Counted from the stretch's first letter, positions 9,837 through 20,747 are shown. The stretch is 56,130 nt of DNA from Alphaproteobacteria bacterium (GCA_009927055.1 RFNS01000252.1:1-56130); one strand, 5' to 3'. Program-made: numbers and translations. The notes: a model not told the origin generated them from the sequence alone.

Positions 9837-12800
9837 ATGTTGGATTTTACAAAACTTCAATTGCACGGGTTCAAATCGTTTGTTGAGCCCACCACACTCC
9901 TGATCGAGCCGGGCCTGACAGGCATTGTGGGCCCCAACGGCTGCGGCAAATCGAATTTAATCGAGGCGCTGCGCTGCGTGATGGGCGAAAATTCGGCCCG
10001 CCGCATGCGCGCGCCCGACATGGATAATGTCATTTTCAGCGGCACCGCCACGCGCCCGTCGCGCAACCTGGCCGAGATTTCCTTGTGGCTCGATAACTCG
10101 GGCCGCACGGCACCCGCCGAATTTAATGACCAACACGAACTGCAAGTAACCCGTGTGATCGAGCGCGGCGAGGGATCACTTTATCACATCAACGGCCGCC
10201 CCGTGCGCCAGCGCGATGTGCAGATGGTGTTTGCCGATCAGGCCACAGGCGCCCAGGCCAATAACATTGTGGGCCAAGGGCAAATTGATGCGCTGATACG
10301 CGCCAAACCGCAGGACAGGCGCAAAATTTTGGAAGAAGCCGCCGGCATTACGGGCCTTGAAGCACGCCGCCACGAAGCCGAATTGAAACTGAAAGCGGCC
10401 GAGCAAAATCTGCAACGCGCCGAAGATGTTTTGAAAACCTATGAAAGCCAGCAGCGCAGCCTGAAATCTCAACTGCGCGCCGCGCAGCGATATCGCGAAT
10501 TGAACGATGGCATTCAGGCCCATGACATGTTGCTGCTGCATGTGCGCCAGCAACTGGTGACACAGCAGATTGCCGAAACAAACCAGCAGATGGCCATCCT
10601 TGAACACGAGATTGAATCGCTGACGCAGCAAATCACCCTCACTGAAACTGCGCGCATTGAAAAAACCAACGAACTGCCCCCCATGCGCCAGGCCGAAGCC
10701 GCGGCCGCGGCGCTGTTGCAGCGCCTGACGCTTGAGCTGGAAAAAATTCAGGCTGAGCAAGCGCGCGTGACAAAAGAGCAGTTGAATTTACAGCAGCAAA
10801 TGGCCGCCGCCCATAACGATCACACCCACGCCGATCATCAACTGGATGATGCGCTGGCGACGCTGCAAAAACTCTATACCGAGCAAAGCCAGCGCCAGCA
10901 GCAGCTGGAGGCTTTGCGCAGTCTTCTGCCCGCGCGCGCGCATGATCATCACCTTGTGGCCGAGCAGGTTCATGCGGCCGAGCAAAATCTGCACACCCTG
11001 CTGGCCACCATCGCCGAAACAGAAAGCCAGCGCACGTCGTATCAAAACCAGCTTCAGCGCGCGCAGGCGCAAGTGCACACCATGCAGCAGCGCCAAGCCG
11101 ATCTGGAGAGCACGCGCGCGCACTGGGAACAGCAAAAAAGAGAATTGCCCGATTTAACCTTGGCCAAATCGATGGTCGATGCGTGCGAAGCCGATGTGCA
11201 AAAAAAGCAGGAGCAGCTGCAAGCCGCCGAACAGGCCGAGCACGATGCCGATGCCACCGCGAAAGAAGCGCAACAAAAGGTCGATGCCGCGCAGCATGAG
11301 CTGACCAAACTGCGCGCCGAGGAAACAGCCCTGCGTGACTTGCTGGAATCGCAGCGCGGGCTGGAGCAGCGCGTGCTTGATTTGCTGGAAGGCACTGGCG
11401 GCTTTGAAACGGCGCTGGCCGTGGCCTTTGGCGAAGCCCTGACGGCCGCGCTGAATGACGAGGCCCCCAGTTACTGGCAACAACGCACGCTGGCCGCCCC
11501 CTTGCCCCCTCTGCCCGTGGGCGCCGAACCTCTCAGCCAGCTGGTGCAGGCGCCAGCCGAACTTCAATCGCTCCTTTCCATGACAGGTTTGGTGAACAGC
11601 GATGATGAAGGTCGCGCGCTGGCCGCGCAACTTTTGCCCGGACAAATTCTTGTCACGCGTGATGGCTGGGCCTGGCGGTGGGATGGCTATACCATTACAC
11701 CCAAGGCCACCACCACTTATGCCACGCAACTTCGCCAGCGCGCGCGGCTGCAAGAACTGGCGCAGCTGACAAAACAATCGGCGCAGCTGCTTCAAAATCT
11801 TCAAACCCATGAAACCATGGCGCGTGAAAAATTTTTACTAACACGGCAGGCCGCCACCGACATGCGCACGCAGTTGCAGCTGGCCACCCGCGCGCTGGCT
11901 GATGCGCACCAGCTTCACGCGCGTCAAACGGCCCAGACCAGCGAGTTATCGGCCAAACTGCAATCGGTCATCGACCATCTTGCGCGCACCGAAACCGATT
12001 TGGCCATGCAGCAGCACGAACAGCAGCAGGTGGCCGAGCAGCTGCAAGCGTTGCCCGATACATCGGCGCAGCAGCAGCAAGCCACCCAAAGCAAGCTTGA
12101 TTTGGTTGAGCTGCGCCAGAAACTGGCTCACGCGCACCAAACATGGCGCGAGGCCGAACGCGAAGGCGAGCAGATCAACATTCGTTTAACACAGATTGCC
12201 GATGAAATTTTGGGTTGGGCACAACGGCGCGACAAGGCCATGCTTCAGATGGATGTGACGGGCACGCGCCTGATGGTGTTGGCCGATGAACAGCAAACGC
12301 TGGCGCAGCTTCCTGAAAAACTGGCCGAAGTGCAGCAGCAAACACTTCTTCAGCGCAGAGAGGCCGAAGAAAAACGCCAGCACGCAGCCGATGTTCTGGT
12401 CGCGGCCGAAAACCTTGCCGAAACACTGGGGCAAGATTTGAAAAAACTGGAAAAAACACTGGCCACGCAGCGCGAAGCGCGCGTGCGCCTGGAAGGTCAG
12501 CAAGAGATGGCGGCAGCCGAGCAGGCCGATATCGTGGCCGCCTGTCAGCAGCAATTTCAGGTTGAACCCCACGCCCTGCCACAGCACATGGCTGCAGACC
12601 TTTTGGTTGAACCGCTGCCCGATCGCGCATCGTTGCAGCAAAAATTGCAAAAAATGGTAGGCGAGCGTGAGGCGATGGGCCCCATTAATCTGCGGGCCGA
12701 GATTGAAATGGACGAGCTGCAGGAAAAACTGAGCAAGCTGGAGACAGAGCGCGATGATTTATCAAGCGCCATTGCCAAACTTCGCAACGGCATTGCCGAA

Positions 12801-13319
12801 TTGAATGGCGAAGCGCGCACCAAACTGAACGCCGCCTTTTCTGCCGTCAACGCGCGTTTCTCAACACTGTTTGTGCGCCTGTTCAACGGGGGGCGCGCGC
12901 ACCTTGAACTGCAAAACGCCGATGATCCGTTGCAGGCCGGTCTTGAAATTTATGCCGCACCGCCTGGCAAAAAAATTCAGGCCCTTTCGCTTCTTTCGGG
13001 CGGCGAGAGAACACTTACGGCACTCTCGTTGCTGTTTGCGGTTTTCCAAACCAACCCTTCGCCCATCTGCGTGCTTGACGAAGCGGAAGCCGCGCTAGAT
13101 GAAAGCAACGTCGATCGTTTTTGCCAGCTGGTGCGCGATATTGCCGAAGAAACGGGCACGCGCTTTCTGGTCATCACCCACCAGCGCCTGACCATGGCGC
13201 GCGTTGACAGGCTTTATGGCGTGACCATGGCCGAAAAAGGCGTCTCGCAACTTGTGTCGGTCGATTTGCGTCAGGCCGAGCAGTTGCGCGACGCGCCACA
13301 CATTGTTCAGGCGGCCTGA
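9837..13319 (+). CDS. smc: Chromosome segregation protein SMC
   Basis: 1160 aa with an N-terminal Walker A (GPNGCGKSN), very long Gln/Ala/Leu-rich coiled coils, a hinge, a C-terminal signature (LSGGERTLTALSLLFA) and a Walker B (CVLDEAEAALD). AGGAG lies upstream of the ATG at 9837. Confidence 0.95.
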   Translation: MLDFTKLQLHGFKSFVEPTTLLIEPGLTGIVGPNGCGKSNLIEALRCVMGENSARRMRAPDMDNVIFSGTATRPSRNLAEISLWLDNSGRTAPAEFNDQHELQVTRVIERGEGSLYHINGRPVRQRDVQMVFADQATGAQANNIVGQGQIDALIRAKPQDRRKILEEAAGITGLEARRHEAELKLKAAEQNLQRAEDVLKTYESQQRSLKSQLRAAQRYRELNDGIQAHDMLLLHVRQQLVTQQIAETNQQMAILEHEIESLTQQITLTETARIEKTNELPPMRQAEAAAAALLQRLTLELEKIQAEQARVTKEQLNLQQQMAAAHNDHTHADHQLDDALATLQKLYTEQSQRQQQLEALRSLLPARAHDHHLVAEQVHAAEQNLHTLLATIAETESQRTSYQNQLQRAQAQVHTMQQRQADLESTRAHWEQQKRELPDLTLAKSMVDACEADVQKKQEQLQAAEQAEHDADATAKEAQQKVDAAQHELTKLRAEETALRDLLESQRGLEQRVLDLLEGTGGFETALAVAFGEALTAALNDEAPSYWQQRTLAAPLPPLPVGAEPLSQLVQAPAELQSLLSMTGLVNSDDEGRALAAQLLPGQILVTRDGWAWRWDGYTITPKATTTYATQLRQRARLQELAQLTKQSAQLLQNLQTHETMAREKFLLTRQAATDMRTQLQLATRALADAHQLHARQTAQTSELSAKLQSVIDHLARTETDLAMQQHEQQQVAEQLQALPDTSAQQQQATQSKLDLVELRQKLAHAHQTWREAEREGEQINIRLTQIADEILGWAQRRDKAMLQMDVTGTRLMVLADEQQTLAQLPEKLAEVQQQTLLQRREAEEKRQHAADVLVAAENLAETLGQDLKKLEKTLATQREARVRLEGQQEMAAAEQADIVAACQQQFQVEPHALPQHMAADLLVEPLPDRASLQQKLQKMVGEREAMGPINLRAEIEMDELQEKLSKLETERDDLSSAIAKLRNGIAELNGEARTKLNAAFSAVNARFSTLFVRLFNGGRAHLELQNADDPLQAGLEIYAAPPGKKIQALSLLSGGERTLTALSLLFAVFQTNPSPICVLDEAEAALDESNVDRFCQLVRDIAEETGTRFLVITHQRLTMARVDRLYGVTMAEKGVSQLVSVDLRQAEQLRDAPHIVQAA

Positions 13320-15004
13320 AAAGTTTTTTGAAGCGCGTTCATCACAGGCTGCCAAGCAAAATCATCATGCAACGGATGAAGCGTGAGCGATGGATACCAC
13401 GGGCTTGTGGCCCGATCGCGGAACCAGAACCACGTGCTGGCCTGGGGCGGCGGCATCAGCACCTGACACGGAATATTCAACGCACCCGCCAGATGCACGG
13501 TTGAATTGCGCACCGACACAACGGCATCGCACGCCTTCAACTGCGCGGCTTGATGCGCCAAACTTGTCATCGCATCAATCGTTTCATCGTGCACAAGGTG
13601 TTGGGGGAAACGTGATGCAAAATTTTTTCTCTCATCACTCGTATCGCCATATTGCACATCCACCACCACTGTCTTGGGTAAATCAAAAAGCGGCAGCCAA
13701 TCGGCCAACTCTAAACTGCGACGACGCCGGAACAAACCCGCCGCACGCCAGCTGATGCCCATCACGCGGGTGGCTCCAACTTTTTCTGATAAATATTTTT
13801 GCCGCAGCTGCGCTGAAAGTTTTTCATCCACCTGCAGATAGGCGCCACGATGTTGCGGAAAACTCTCAAACGTAGGGCGCAAAAATTTGCACGCCCAAAA
13901 CCCAGGGGCCTGATAATCAATATCGGTGCCATAAATGCGTGGGTTTTCTTTTGTCACGTCATCGGGCCGCATCACAACCTCAATGTTGGGCCAGCGCATG
14001 GCCACCAACTCTGCCATGCGCGGCGTCGCCTCAATAATCAGCTGCGCGCCAAGCTGCAACAACTCATCCACCATGCTTAGTTGCAAAATATCCTCACCAA
14101 CACCCTGATAATTCCACAGCAATATTTTTTTGCCGCGCACATCTGACCCATCCCAAAATTTTTGGGGCAATCTATGATCGCGCCTGAAGGCAATCCAATC
14201 GGCCAGCGTTTCCCATCCTTTGCTCAAATGACCATAAACAAGATGACAGTTGGTGCGATTGTACGCATAAATTTTGTGCTTTGGCGCCAGCGCGATTGCT
14301 TTTTCATAAGCACTGACCGCGGCATCATAATCGCCATCATCTTGGCATATCACACCAAGATTATTCCACGCCGCCGCAAAATCGACCTTGCGCGCCACAA
14401 CCTGCTCAAGACATTTTCGCGCTTTTTTCAGGTTTCCTTCGGCGCGCGCCAGCATGCCTTCGGCATTTAACACCACCGGATGATCGGGCGCCATAATTTT
14501 CACGCGCCTTAAAATATCGTTGGTGGCTGGCAAATTTTCTTCATCCAACCGCGCGTACAGCAAATCAATCCACCCCTGCTGGTCAGAGGGTTTCAGCTGC
14601 GTCACTTTCTCAAACGCGCGCGCGGCATCGCCATAACGGCCAATGGCTTTTGCCATGCGCCCCAAATCATTCCACGCCGCCGCATCATCGGGTTTTTGCT
14701 GCACATAATCGCGCCACACAACAAACGCTTCTTCTTCTTTGTTTTGTGCCTGAAGAAATTTTGCAAGATTGCTTTTGAACTCTGGTATGTGCGGCGCTGC
14801 GGCAATGGCGCGCTGCCAAAGCTGCACGGCCTCTGCCCCGTTGCCGTGTTGGGCGTTCAAAGCAGCCAGCCCGTTCAGCGCATCCAGCTGATGGGGAATA
14901 CGCTGCAAAATTTGCATGTATAAATTTTTTGCTTCTTCAACATTTCCCTGGGCATGCGCGCGCCGTGCGGCCGCCACCAAATCAATTTGAAGTGACACGG
15001 GCAC
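13307..15004 (-). CDS. TPR-repeat protein with a C-terminal glycosyltransferase-9-like (GT-B) domain
   Basis: The N-terminal half is TPR repeats (AxxxYxxAL patterns). The C-terminal half resembles heptosyltransferase-like folds (ILLWNYQGVGEDIL ..., DAVVSVRNSTVHLAGALN). The GTG start directly abuts the fadE stop. The 3' end overlaps the smc 3' end by 13 nt. Confidence 0.6.
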   Translation of the reverse strand: MPVSLQIDLVAAARRAHAQGNVEEAKNLYMQILQRIPHQLDALNGLAALNAQHGNGAEAVQLWQRAIAAAPHIPEFKSNLAKFLQAQNKEEEAFVVWRDYVQQKPDDAAAWNDLGRMAKAIGRYGDAARAFEKVTQLKPSDQQGWIDLLYARLDEENLPATNDILRRVKIMAPDHPVVLNAEGMLARAEGNLKKARKCLEQVVARKVDFAAAWNNLGVICQDDGDYDAAVSAYEKAIALAPKHKIYAYNRTNCHLVYGHLSKGWETLADWIAFRRDHRLPQKFWDGSDVRGKKILLWNYQGVGEDILQLSMVDELLQLGAQLIIEATPRMAELVAMRWPNIEVVMRPDDVTKENPRIYGTDIDYQAPGFWACKFLRPTFESFPQHRGAYLQVDEKLSAQLRQKYLSEKVGATRVMGISWRAAGLFRRRRSLELADWLPLFDLPKTVVVDVQYGDTSDERKNFASRFPQHLVHDETIDAMTSLAHQAAQLKACDAVVSVRNSTVHLAGALNIPCQVLMPPPQASTWFWFRDRATSPWYPSLTLHPLHDDFAWQPVMNALQKTFQAA

Positions 15005-16795
15005 CTAAAACGCTTCTTCGGGCATGGCCATAACAGGTTTCGCCCCAGACATGATAGCCAGATTCAATGCATTCACCTGCGGCATGATTTTGGTCATATA
15101 AAATCGGCCTGTGTGCACTTTGCCTTCATAAAATATTTTGTTTCCATCGTTCTGCAACAATTTTTTCTGCGCCACATCCATCATCCTCAGCCACCACCAC
15201 CCCATCGCCACCAGCGCCATCATCTTCAAAAAATCGGCCGCCGCTGCGCCTGCCTCATCGGGGTTGGCAAAGCCCCGTGTGCCAATGGTCAGCGCGGCGT
15301 TCTGCAATTTGGCAAAGGCGCTCATCAAGGCGGGCAAAAATTCCTGCACATTTTTGTTGTGCTGATTGTCGATGATATATTGGCTGACAGGGTGGAAAAA
15401 TTGCCGTGCCAAGCGGCCAAAATCTTCAGCCATTTTGCGTCCCACCAAATCAAGCGCCTGAATGCCGTTGGCCCCTTCATAAATCTGGCAGATGCGCGCA
15501 TCGCGCACGTATTGTTCCATGCCCCATTCATGAATATACCCATGCCCGCCATAAATTTGCATGCCGATGTTACTCACCTCCGATCCCAGATCGGTCAAAT
15601 AACTTTTCAGCACGGGCGTCATCAACGCCACCAAATCCTCGGCCTGTTTTTTTCTGCTTTCATCAGCATGCTTCAAGGAAATATCCTGCTCCATCCCAAT
15701 CCAATAAGCCATGGCGCGTGCGCCTTCAATCATACTTTTCATCGTCAGCAAATTTTTGCGCACATCGGGGTGCACTATCAGCGGATCGGCAGCTTTTTCT
15801 GGATATTTTGCGCCCGTTAAACTGCGCCCCTGCAATCTGTCTCGCGCATAAGCCCGCGCGTTTTGATAACTCACCTCGGCCAACCCCAACCCCTGCAACG
15901 CCACGGCCAGCCTGGCTTCGTTCATCATCGTGAACATCGCTTTCATGCCGCCATGCGGCCTGCCCACCAGCCAACCTTGCGCACCATCAAAATTCATCAC
16001 ACATGTGGCGCTGGCCTTAATGCCCATTTTATGCTCAATGCTGCCGCAGGTCACGCCGTTTTTTTCACCCAACGTGCCGTCGGTATTCGGCACAAATTTT
16101 GGCACCACAAACAGGCTAATGCCTTTTGTCCCTGTCGGCGCATCGGGCAATTTGGCCAGCACGAGGTGGATGATGTTCTCTGTCAAATCATGCTCGCCCG
16201 ACGAGATAAAAATTTTCGTACCCGATATTTTATAACTGCCATCATGTTGCGGCTCGGCCTTGGTGCGAATAAGTCCCAGATCAGTTCCGCAATGCGGCTC
16301 GGTCAGGCACATGGTGCCGCTCCATTGGCCTGTCACCAAATGCGGCAGATAAATTTTTTTCAACTCATCACTGGCGTGCGTGTGCAGCGCGTTATAGGCG
16401 CCATGCGAAAGGCCCGGATAAATACCAAAAGAAAGATTCGCGCTGCTGACCAGCTCATCAATCACAAAATTGACCAGCAACGGCAAACCCTGCCCGCCAT
16501 AGGCCGGATCGCACGCCAGCGCTGTCCACCCGCCCTGACAAAAAACGTCATAAGCTTCTTTGAAACCTGTGGGCGTTTTCACATGGCCATTGTGAAAGGT
16601 GCAGCCTTCTTTATCACCCGACTGATTGATGGGGAAAAGAACCTCTTCGCACAACTGACCCGCCGCCTCGATAATATCTAACATGGCTTCGGGCGTCGCC
16701 TCGGCATAACCGGGCAGTGCGGCCACATCGCGCGCGGGCAGAAGATCGTGCAGAAGAAATTTTATCTCATCACGTGGCGTTTGATAGATGGGCAT
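15005..16795 (-). CDS. fadE: Long-type acyl-CoA dehydrogenase
   Basis: 596 aa with ACAD motifs (MCLTEPHCGTDL, GEHDLTENIIHLVLA, YGGHGYIHEWGMEQYVRDARICQIYEGANGIQ) plus a C-terminal extension. Confidence 0.85.
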   Translation of the reverse strand: MPIYQTPRDEIKFLLHDLLPARDVAALPGYAEATPEAMLDIIEAAGQLCEEVLFPINQSGDKEGCTFHNGHVKTPTGFKEAYDVFCQGGWTALACDPAYGGQGLPLLVNFVIDELVSSANLSFGIYPGLSHGAYNALHTHASDELKKIYLPHLVTGQWSGTMCLTEPHCGTDLGLIRTKAEPQHDGSYKISGTKIFISSGEHDLTENIIHLVLAKLPDAPTGTKGISLFVVPKFVPNTDGTLGEKNGVTCGSIEHKMGIKASATCVMNFDGAQGWLVGRPHGGMKAMFTMMNEARLAVALQGLGLAEVSYQNARAYARDRLQGRSLTGAKYPEKAADPLIVHPDVRKNLLTMKSMIEGARAMAYWIGMEQDISLKHADESRKKQAEDLVALMTPVLKSYLTDLGSEVSNIGMQIYGGHGYIHEWGMEQYVRDARICQIYEGANGIQALDLVGRKMAEDFGRLARQFFHPVSQYIIDNQHNKNVQEFLPALMSAFAKLQNAALTIGTRGFANPDEAGAAAADFLKMMALVAMGWWWLRMMDVAQKKLLQNDGNKIFYEGKVHTGRFYMTKIMPQVNALNLAIMSGAKPVMAMPEEAF

Positions 16796-16804
16796 GCAAC
16801 CTCT

Positions 16805-17266
16805 CTAAACCGTTTTGGGGATCAACATTTTACTGAATGTCACGATGCAGACACCTGCAATAATCATCACACCGCCAATCACCGTCGGCACATCCATCCC
16901 TTTGCGGCCAAGAAGCCACGAGAAAAAAATGGCAAAGAACACCGCGCCAATTTCAATCATCGCCGACATGACCGATGAAAAATGCCGTGCGCCCAGCAGC
17001 CAAAAAATCCACGCTGTGATGCTGAAGGTGATGCACATAAAAATAATCCATGATTTTTTGTCATGCGCAAAATCTGGCATAAAAATTTTTTCGCTTGTCA
17101 GCACATGGCATGCGCAGGCGACAATAATCAAGGCGATGCCGTAACACAAAAAATAGAACGACATCGAATAATTTTTCATAATAATTTCCTGCCCCACAAA
17201 ATTAATGCCCAGAATAATCGGCATCACCATCAACAAAACCAGAATGAGCGATTTGCTTTCAATCAT
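16805..17266 (-). CDS. Small EamA/DMT-like membrane protein (single-domain, about 153 aa)
   Basis: Start at MIESKSL (17266), overlapping the upstream stop by 1 nt (TGATG). It has 4-5 hydrophobic helices, and the C-terminal IGGVMIIAGVCIVTF resembles the end of an EamA domain. It is AT-richer than the fad genes around it. Confidence 0.45.
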   Translation of the reverse strand: MIESKSLILVLLMVMPIILGINFVGQEIIMKNYSMSFYFLCYGIALIIVACACHVLTSEKIFMPDFAHDKKSWIIFMCITFSITAWIFWLLGARHFSSVMSAMIEIGAVFFAIFFSWLLGRKGMDVPTVIGGVMIIAGVCIVTFSKMLIPKTV

Positions 17267-19602
17267 CAGTTCCTCAGCGGCTTTCCGGTATTCAGCATGT
17301 GATTGATGCGATCCCATGTCAGAGGGTCTTTGACCAGCGCCATAAACTCGCGCCGCTCCAACTCAATCAACTGGCCTTCTGTCAACTCAACAAACGGCGT
17401 GGTGTCATCGCCCGTCATGACCGTGGCCAGCGCTTCACCGATTTTCACATCATGGGCCGAAGCCTTGCCCTGCAGCCTGAACACCTGCAACGCCAGCTGA
17501 AGCGCGGCTTTGCCCGCTTTCCCCGGCAGGCGGAAGGATATTTCCTTCGGTGGGTGATAGCCCTCAGACAATGACACAACTTTTTGCTTCGCATCGAACA
17601 GCAGCCTGTCGCGATTCATCGTAATCGCATCATGATTTTGCAGATAACCATACTCCCGCGCCTCGAACGCCGATTTTCCTGTTTTGGCCAGGCTGATGGT
17701 TTCAAACGCTTCGGCAATCGGCGGTATGGGGCCGCCAAATTTTTTACCCGCCACAGCCCGCCGCAGCATTTGCACGCAACCGCCCCAACCGGGGATAATT
17801 CCCACACCCACTTCAACCAGCCCCATATAGGTTTCGGCATGGGCCTGCACCGCGCTGCAATGCAGGGTGATTTCGCACCCGCCCCCCAGCGCCAGACCCG
17901 ATGTGGCGGCAACGGTGGGGAACGGCGCAAAACGCAGACGACGAAAAGTTTTTTGCCCTTCCGCAATAAAATTTTCTAAGAGCGGCCAATGCGCAAGATT
18001 AATGGCGAACATGGCGAGGCCAAGGTTGGCACCTGCCGAAAAATGCTCGCCATCGGAATAAATCACCAACCCTTTCCAATCGCGCCACTCGGTTTCTATT
18101 TTATCAATCGTCTCGTTCAGCAGCTTGAATACATCGGGGTCGAATGTGTTCATTTTTGTGGTCATTTCAAAACACGCCACGCCACCGCCCAAGTTCCACA
18201 ATTGCGCCGAGCCGTTTTTCAACATCGGTTTCTGCCGGCGTTTAACATCGGCCAGCAACAGCACCCCCTGGGGCACAGGCACCGTGGCGTAACGGCCATC
18301 GGTTTTCATATATTGCGGCTGCCCATCATTGATCGTGTAAAAACTGCCCTGGCACGCCTCAAGAAGCGGAGGCACCGCGCGGCCTGAGGCTTTGATTTGA
18401 TCGCAAAGCCAGCCAACGCCCAGCTTATCGATCAACTCAAACGGGCCAAATTTCCAGTTATAGCCAAGGCGCATGGCCGTATCGATGGCCACAATATCAT
18501 CAGCAATCTGCGGCACCAGGCTGGCGGTATAACACAGCGTCTGCGCCAGAATATCGGTGGCGAATTTTCCAAACTTATCGCTGCTTTCGCACAGTTTTTT
18601 AAGGTCTTTGCCCGCATTGTCAAGGGTGGGGATTTTTCCCTTACTCTCATCCCCGTAATCACCTGTTATCAAATTCAGCACACGTTTTTGTTTGCCTGTT
18701 TCTGTTTTCTCCAGCTTATAAAAACCGCCCTTGCCCTTGCGGCCCGTATAACCATCGGCGATCATTTTATCAAACAGCGCGGGCTGCCTGTAAATACGCC
18801 TATAATAATCGTCTGCCGGCAATGTCGCCAAAAAACTTTTGCTGATCAGTGGCATGAGATCGAGCCCGATCAGATCGAGCAGGCCAAACACACCCGTTTT
18901 AGGAATTCCCATGGGCGCGCCCGCCACGGCATCGGCTTCTTCCACCGTCAAGCCGTGTTCAAACGTGGCGTTGATGGCCGCCTGCATAAAATAAGTGCCA
19001 ATGCGGTTGGCAATAAAACCGGGCGTATCGTGACACGGCACAACACCTTTGCCCAACTTGATATCGCAAAAATATGCAATGTTTTCGGCGGCATCCTTGC
19101 GCGTGCGTGGGCCCACAACCAATTCAAGCAAACGCAAATAACGTGGCGGGTTAAAAAAATGGGTGATCAAAAAATCGGCCGCGAACCTTTCGCTCTGCCC
19201 TTCCAGCAACTGCTGCAAAGGAATGGTCGATGTGTTGGACGACACCACCGAGCCTGGCTTGCGATACGCATCGACCTTCTTATACAGATCACGTTTAATG
19301 GCCACATTCTCAACAATCGCTTCAATAATCCAATCACACTCGCCCAGCTTCATCACATCATCGGTCAGGTTGGCCGGCATCATCAGACGCGCCGCTTTTT
19401 TGCTCATCAACGGGGCGGGATCCATTTTTTGCAAACGTTCCAGCGCGGCATTGGCCAGCTGGTTTCGGTCGGCGGCACCGTCGGGCACAATATCGAACAA
19501 ATAAACAGGATACCCCGCATTCGCCACATGCGCCGCAATTTGCGCGCCCATGACGCCCGAGCCAATCACCGCAACCTTTTGAATGAAATCAGCACCCTTC
19601 AT
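17266..19602 (-). CDS. fadN: Bifunctional 3-hydroxyacyl-CoA dehydrogenase / enoyl-CoA hydratase (FadN-type domain order)
   Basis: N-terminal Rossmann motif VAVIGSGVMGAQIAAH, a HADH C-terminal domain, then a crotonase domain (SAGANL, GLALGGGCE). Start at MKGADF (19602), overlapping the fadA stop by 1 nt. Confidence 0.85.
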   Translation of the reverse strand: MKGADFIQKVAVIGSGVMGAQIAAHVANAGYPVYLFDIVPDGAADRNQLANAALERLQKMDPAPLMSKKAARLMMPANLTDDVMKLGECDWIIEAIVENVAIKRDLYKKVDAYRKPGSVVSSNTSTIPLQQLLEGQSERFAADFLITHFFNPPRYLRLLELVVGPRTRKDAAENIAYFCDIKLGKGVVPCHDTPGFIANRIGTYFMQAAINATFEHGLTVEEADAVAGAPMGIPKTGVFGLLDLIGLDLMPLISKSFLATLPADDYYRRIYRQPALFDKMIADGYTGRKGKGGFYKLEKTETGKQKRVLNLITGDYGDESKGKIPTLDNAGKDLKKLCESSDKFGKFATDILAQTLCYTASLVPQIADDIVAIDTAMRLGYNWKFGPFELIDKLGVGWLCDQIKASGRAVPPLLEACQGSFYTINDGQPQYMKTDGRYATVPVPQGVLLLADVKRRQKPMLKNGSAQLWNLGGGVACFEMTTKMNTFDPDVFKLLNETIDKIETEWRDWKGLVIYSDGEHFSAGANLGLAMFAINLAHWPLLENFIAEGQKTFRRLRFAPFPTVAATSGLALGGGCEITLHCSAVQAHAETYMGLVEVGVGIIPGWGGCVQMLRRAVAGKKFGGPIPPIAEAFETISLAKTGKSAFEAREYGYLQNHDAITMNRDRLLFDAKQKVVSLSEGYHPPKEISFRLPGKAGKAALQLALQVFRLQGKASAHDVKIGEALATVMTGDDTTPFVELTEGQLIELERREFMALVKDPLTWDRINHMLNTGKPLRN

Positions 19603-20747
19603 CACACAGCCTCCAAAATGGTGGCGATGCCCTGCCCGCCGCCAATGCACTGCGTGGCCAGCGCAAACTGTTTGCCCTCGCGCTGCATGATGGCGGCCGC
19701 CTTGCCCGTAATGCGGGCCCCCGTGGCCCCCAACGGATGCCCCAGCGCAATGGCCCCGCCATCGATATTCACGCGCGAAGGATCAATCTTCAGTTCATGC
19801 ATGCAGGCCAGCGCCTGAGAAGCGAAAGCCTCATTCAACTCCACAACATCAATCTGGGAAATTTCCAATCCCGCGCGTTGCAGCGCCTTGCGCGTGGCCA
19901 CCACGGGCCCCATGCCCATATGGGCCGGATCACACCCCGCCACGGCCACGGCACGAATACGCGCCGTTTTTTTCAATCCATGCGCATCGGCAAAGGCTTC
20001 GCTGGTCACCAGCACGGCCGACGCCCCATCGGTCAGCGGGGATGATGTGGCGGCCGTGACGCTGCCGCCGGCCAAAAACGCGGGTTTTAGTTCAGCCATT
20101 CTTTCCATGGTTGTTTCGGCGCGAATGCATGTATCGCGCGTTACATCTTTTCCCTTGAGGGGAATGGGAATAATTTCAGCCGATAATTTTCCGTGCGCCA
20201 CGGCATGCGCGGCCTTTTGGTGACTGGCCAGCGCGAATTCTTCCTGCGCGCGACGAGAAATTTTGAAACGCGATGCTACATTTTCGGCTGTTTCGCCCAT
20301 GCTCATATAAGCGGCCGATTGTTTCATAAAGTCAGGATGCGGCATGGGGTTGAACCCACCCATGGGAATGCGCGACATGCTTTCAACACCCGCGCACACA
20401 AACGCGCCGCCCGCATGCAGCTGTATGGCGCCTGCCGCCATATGCACACTTTGCATCGATGAGCCACAAAAACGGTTGATGGTGGCACCCGCGACGCTGA
20501 TGGGAAAACCCGCCATGAGGCCAGCAAGACGCGCCAGATTAAACCCCTGCTCACCTTCCGGAAAAGCGCAACCCAGCAACACATCTTCCAGCATCGCAGG
20601 ATCAACTTTTGTGTGAGCAACCAAACCACGCAGCACGGCGGTAATCAGGTCATCGGCGCGAACGTGGGCCAGTTCACCTTTGCTGGCGAGCGTGAAGGGC
20701 GAACGGCAGTAACCGGCCAGAACAACCGGCACAGGAAAAGTGGACAT
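19602..20747 (-). CDS. fadA: Acetyl-CoA C-acyltransferase (thiolase)
   Basis: 381 aa with the active-site Cys context NRFCGSSMQS, NEAFASQ, GGAIALGHPLGATG and the C-terminal CIGGGQGIA. Confidence 0.92.
   Translation of the reverse strand: MSTFPVPVVLAGYCRSPFTLASKGELAHVRADDLITAVLRGLVAHTKVDPAMLEDVLLGCAFPEGEQGFNLARLAGLMAGFPISVAGATINRFCGSSMQSVHMAAGAIQLHAGGAFVCAGVESMSRIPMGGFNPMPHPDFMKQSAAYMSMGETAENVASRFKISRRAQEEFALASHQKAAHAVAHGKLSAEIIPIPLKGKDVTRDTCIRAETTMERMAELKPAFLAGGSVTAATSSPLTDGASAVLVTSEAFADAHGLKKTARIRAVAVAGCDPAHMGMGPVVATRKALQRAGLEISQIDVVELNEAFASQALACMHELKIDPSRVNIDGGAIALGHPLGATGARITGKAAAIMQREGKQFALATQCIGGGQGIATILEAV

Noticed and set aside
18397-19818. 473-aa ORF on the plus strand
   Set aside because: It is entirely antisense to fadN and fadA, which have clear catalytic motifs. 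It is a shadow ORF.
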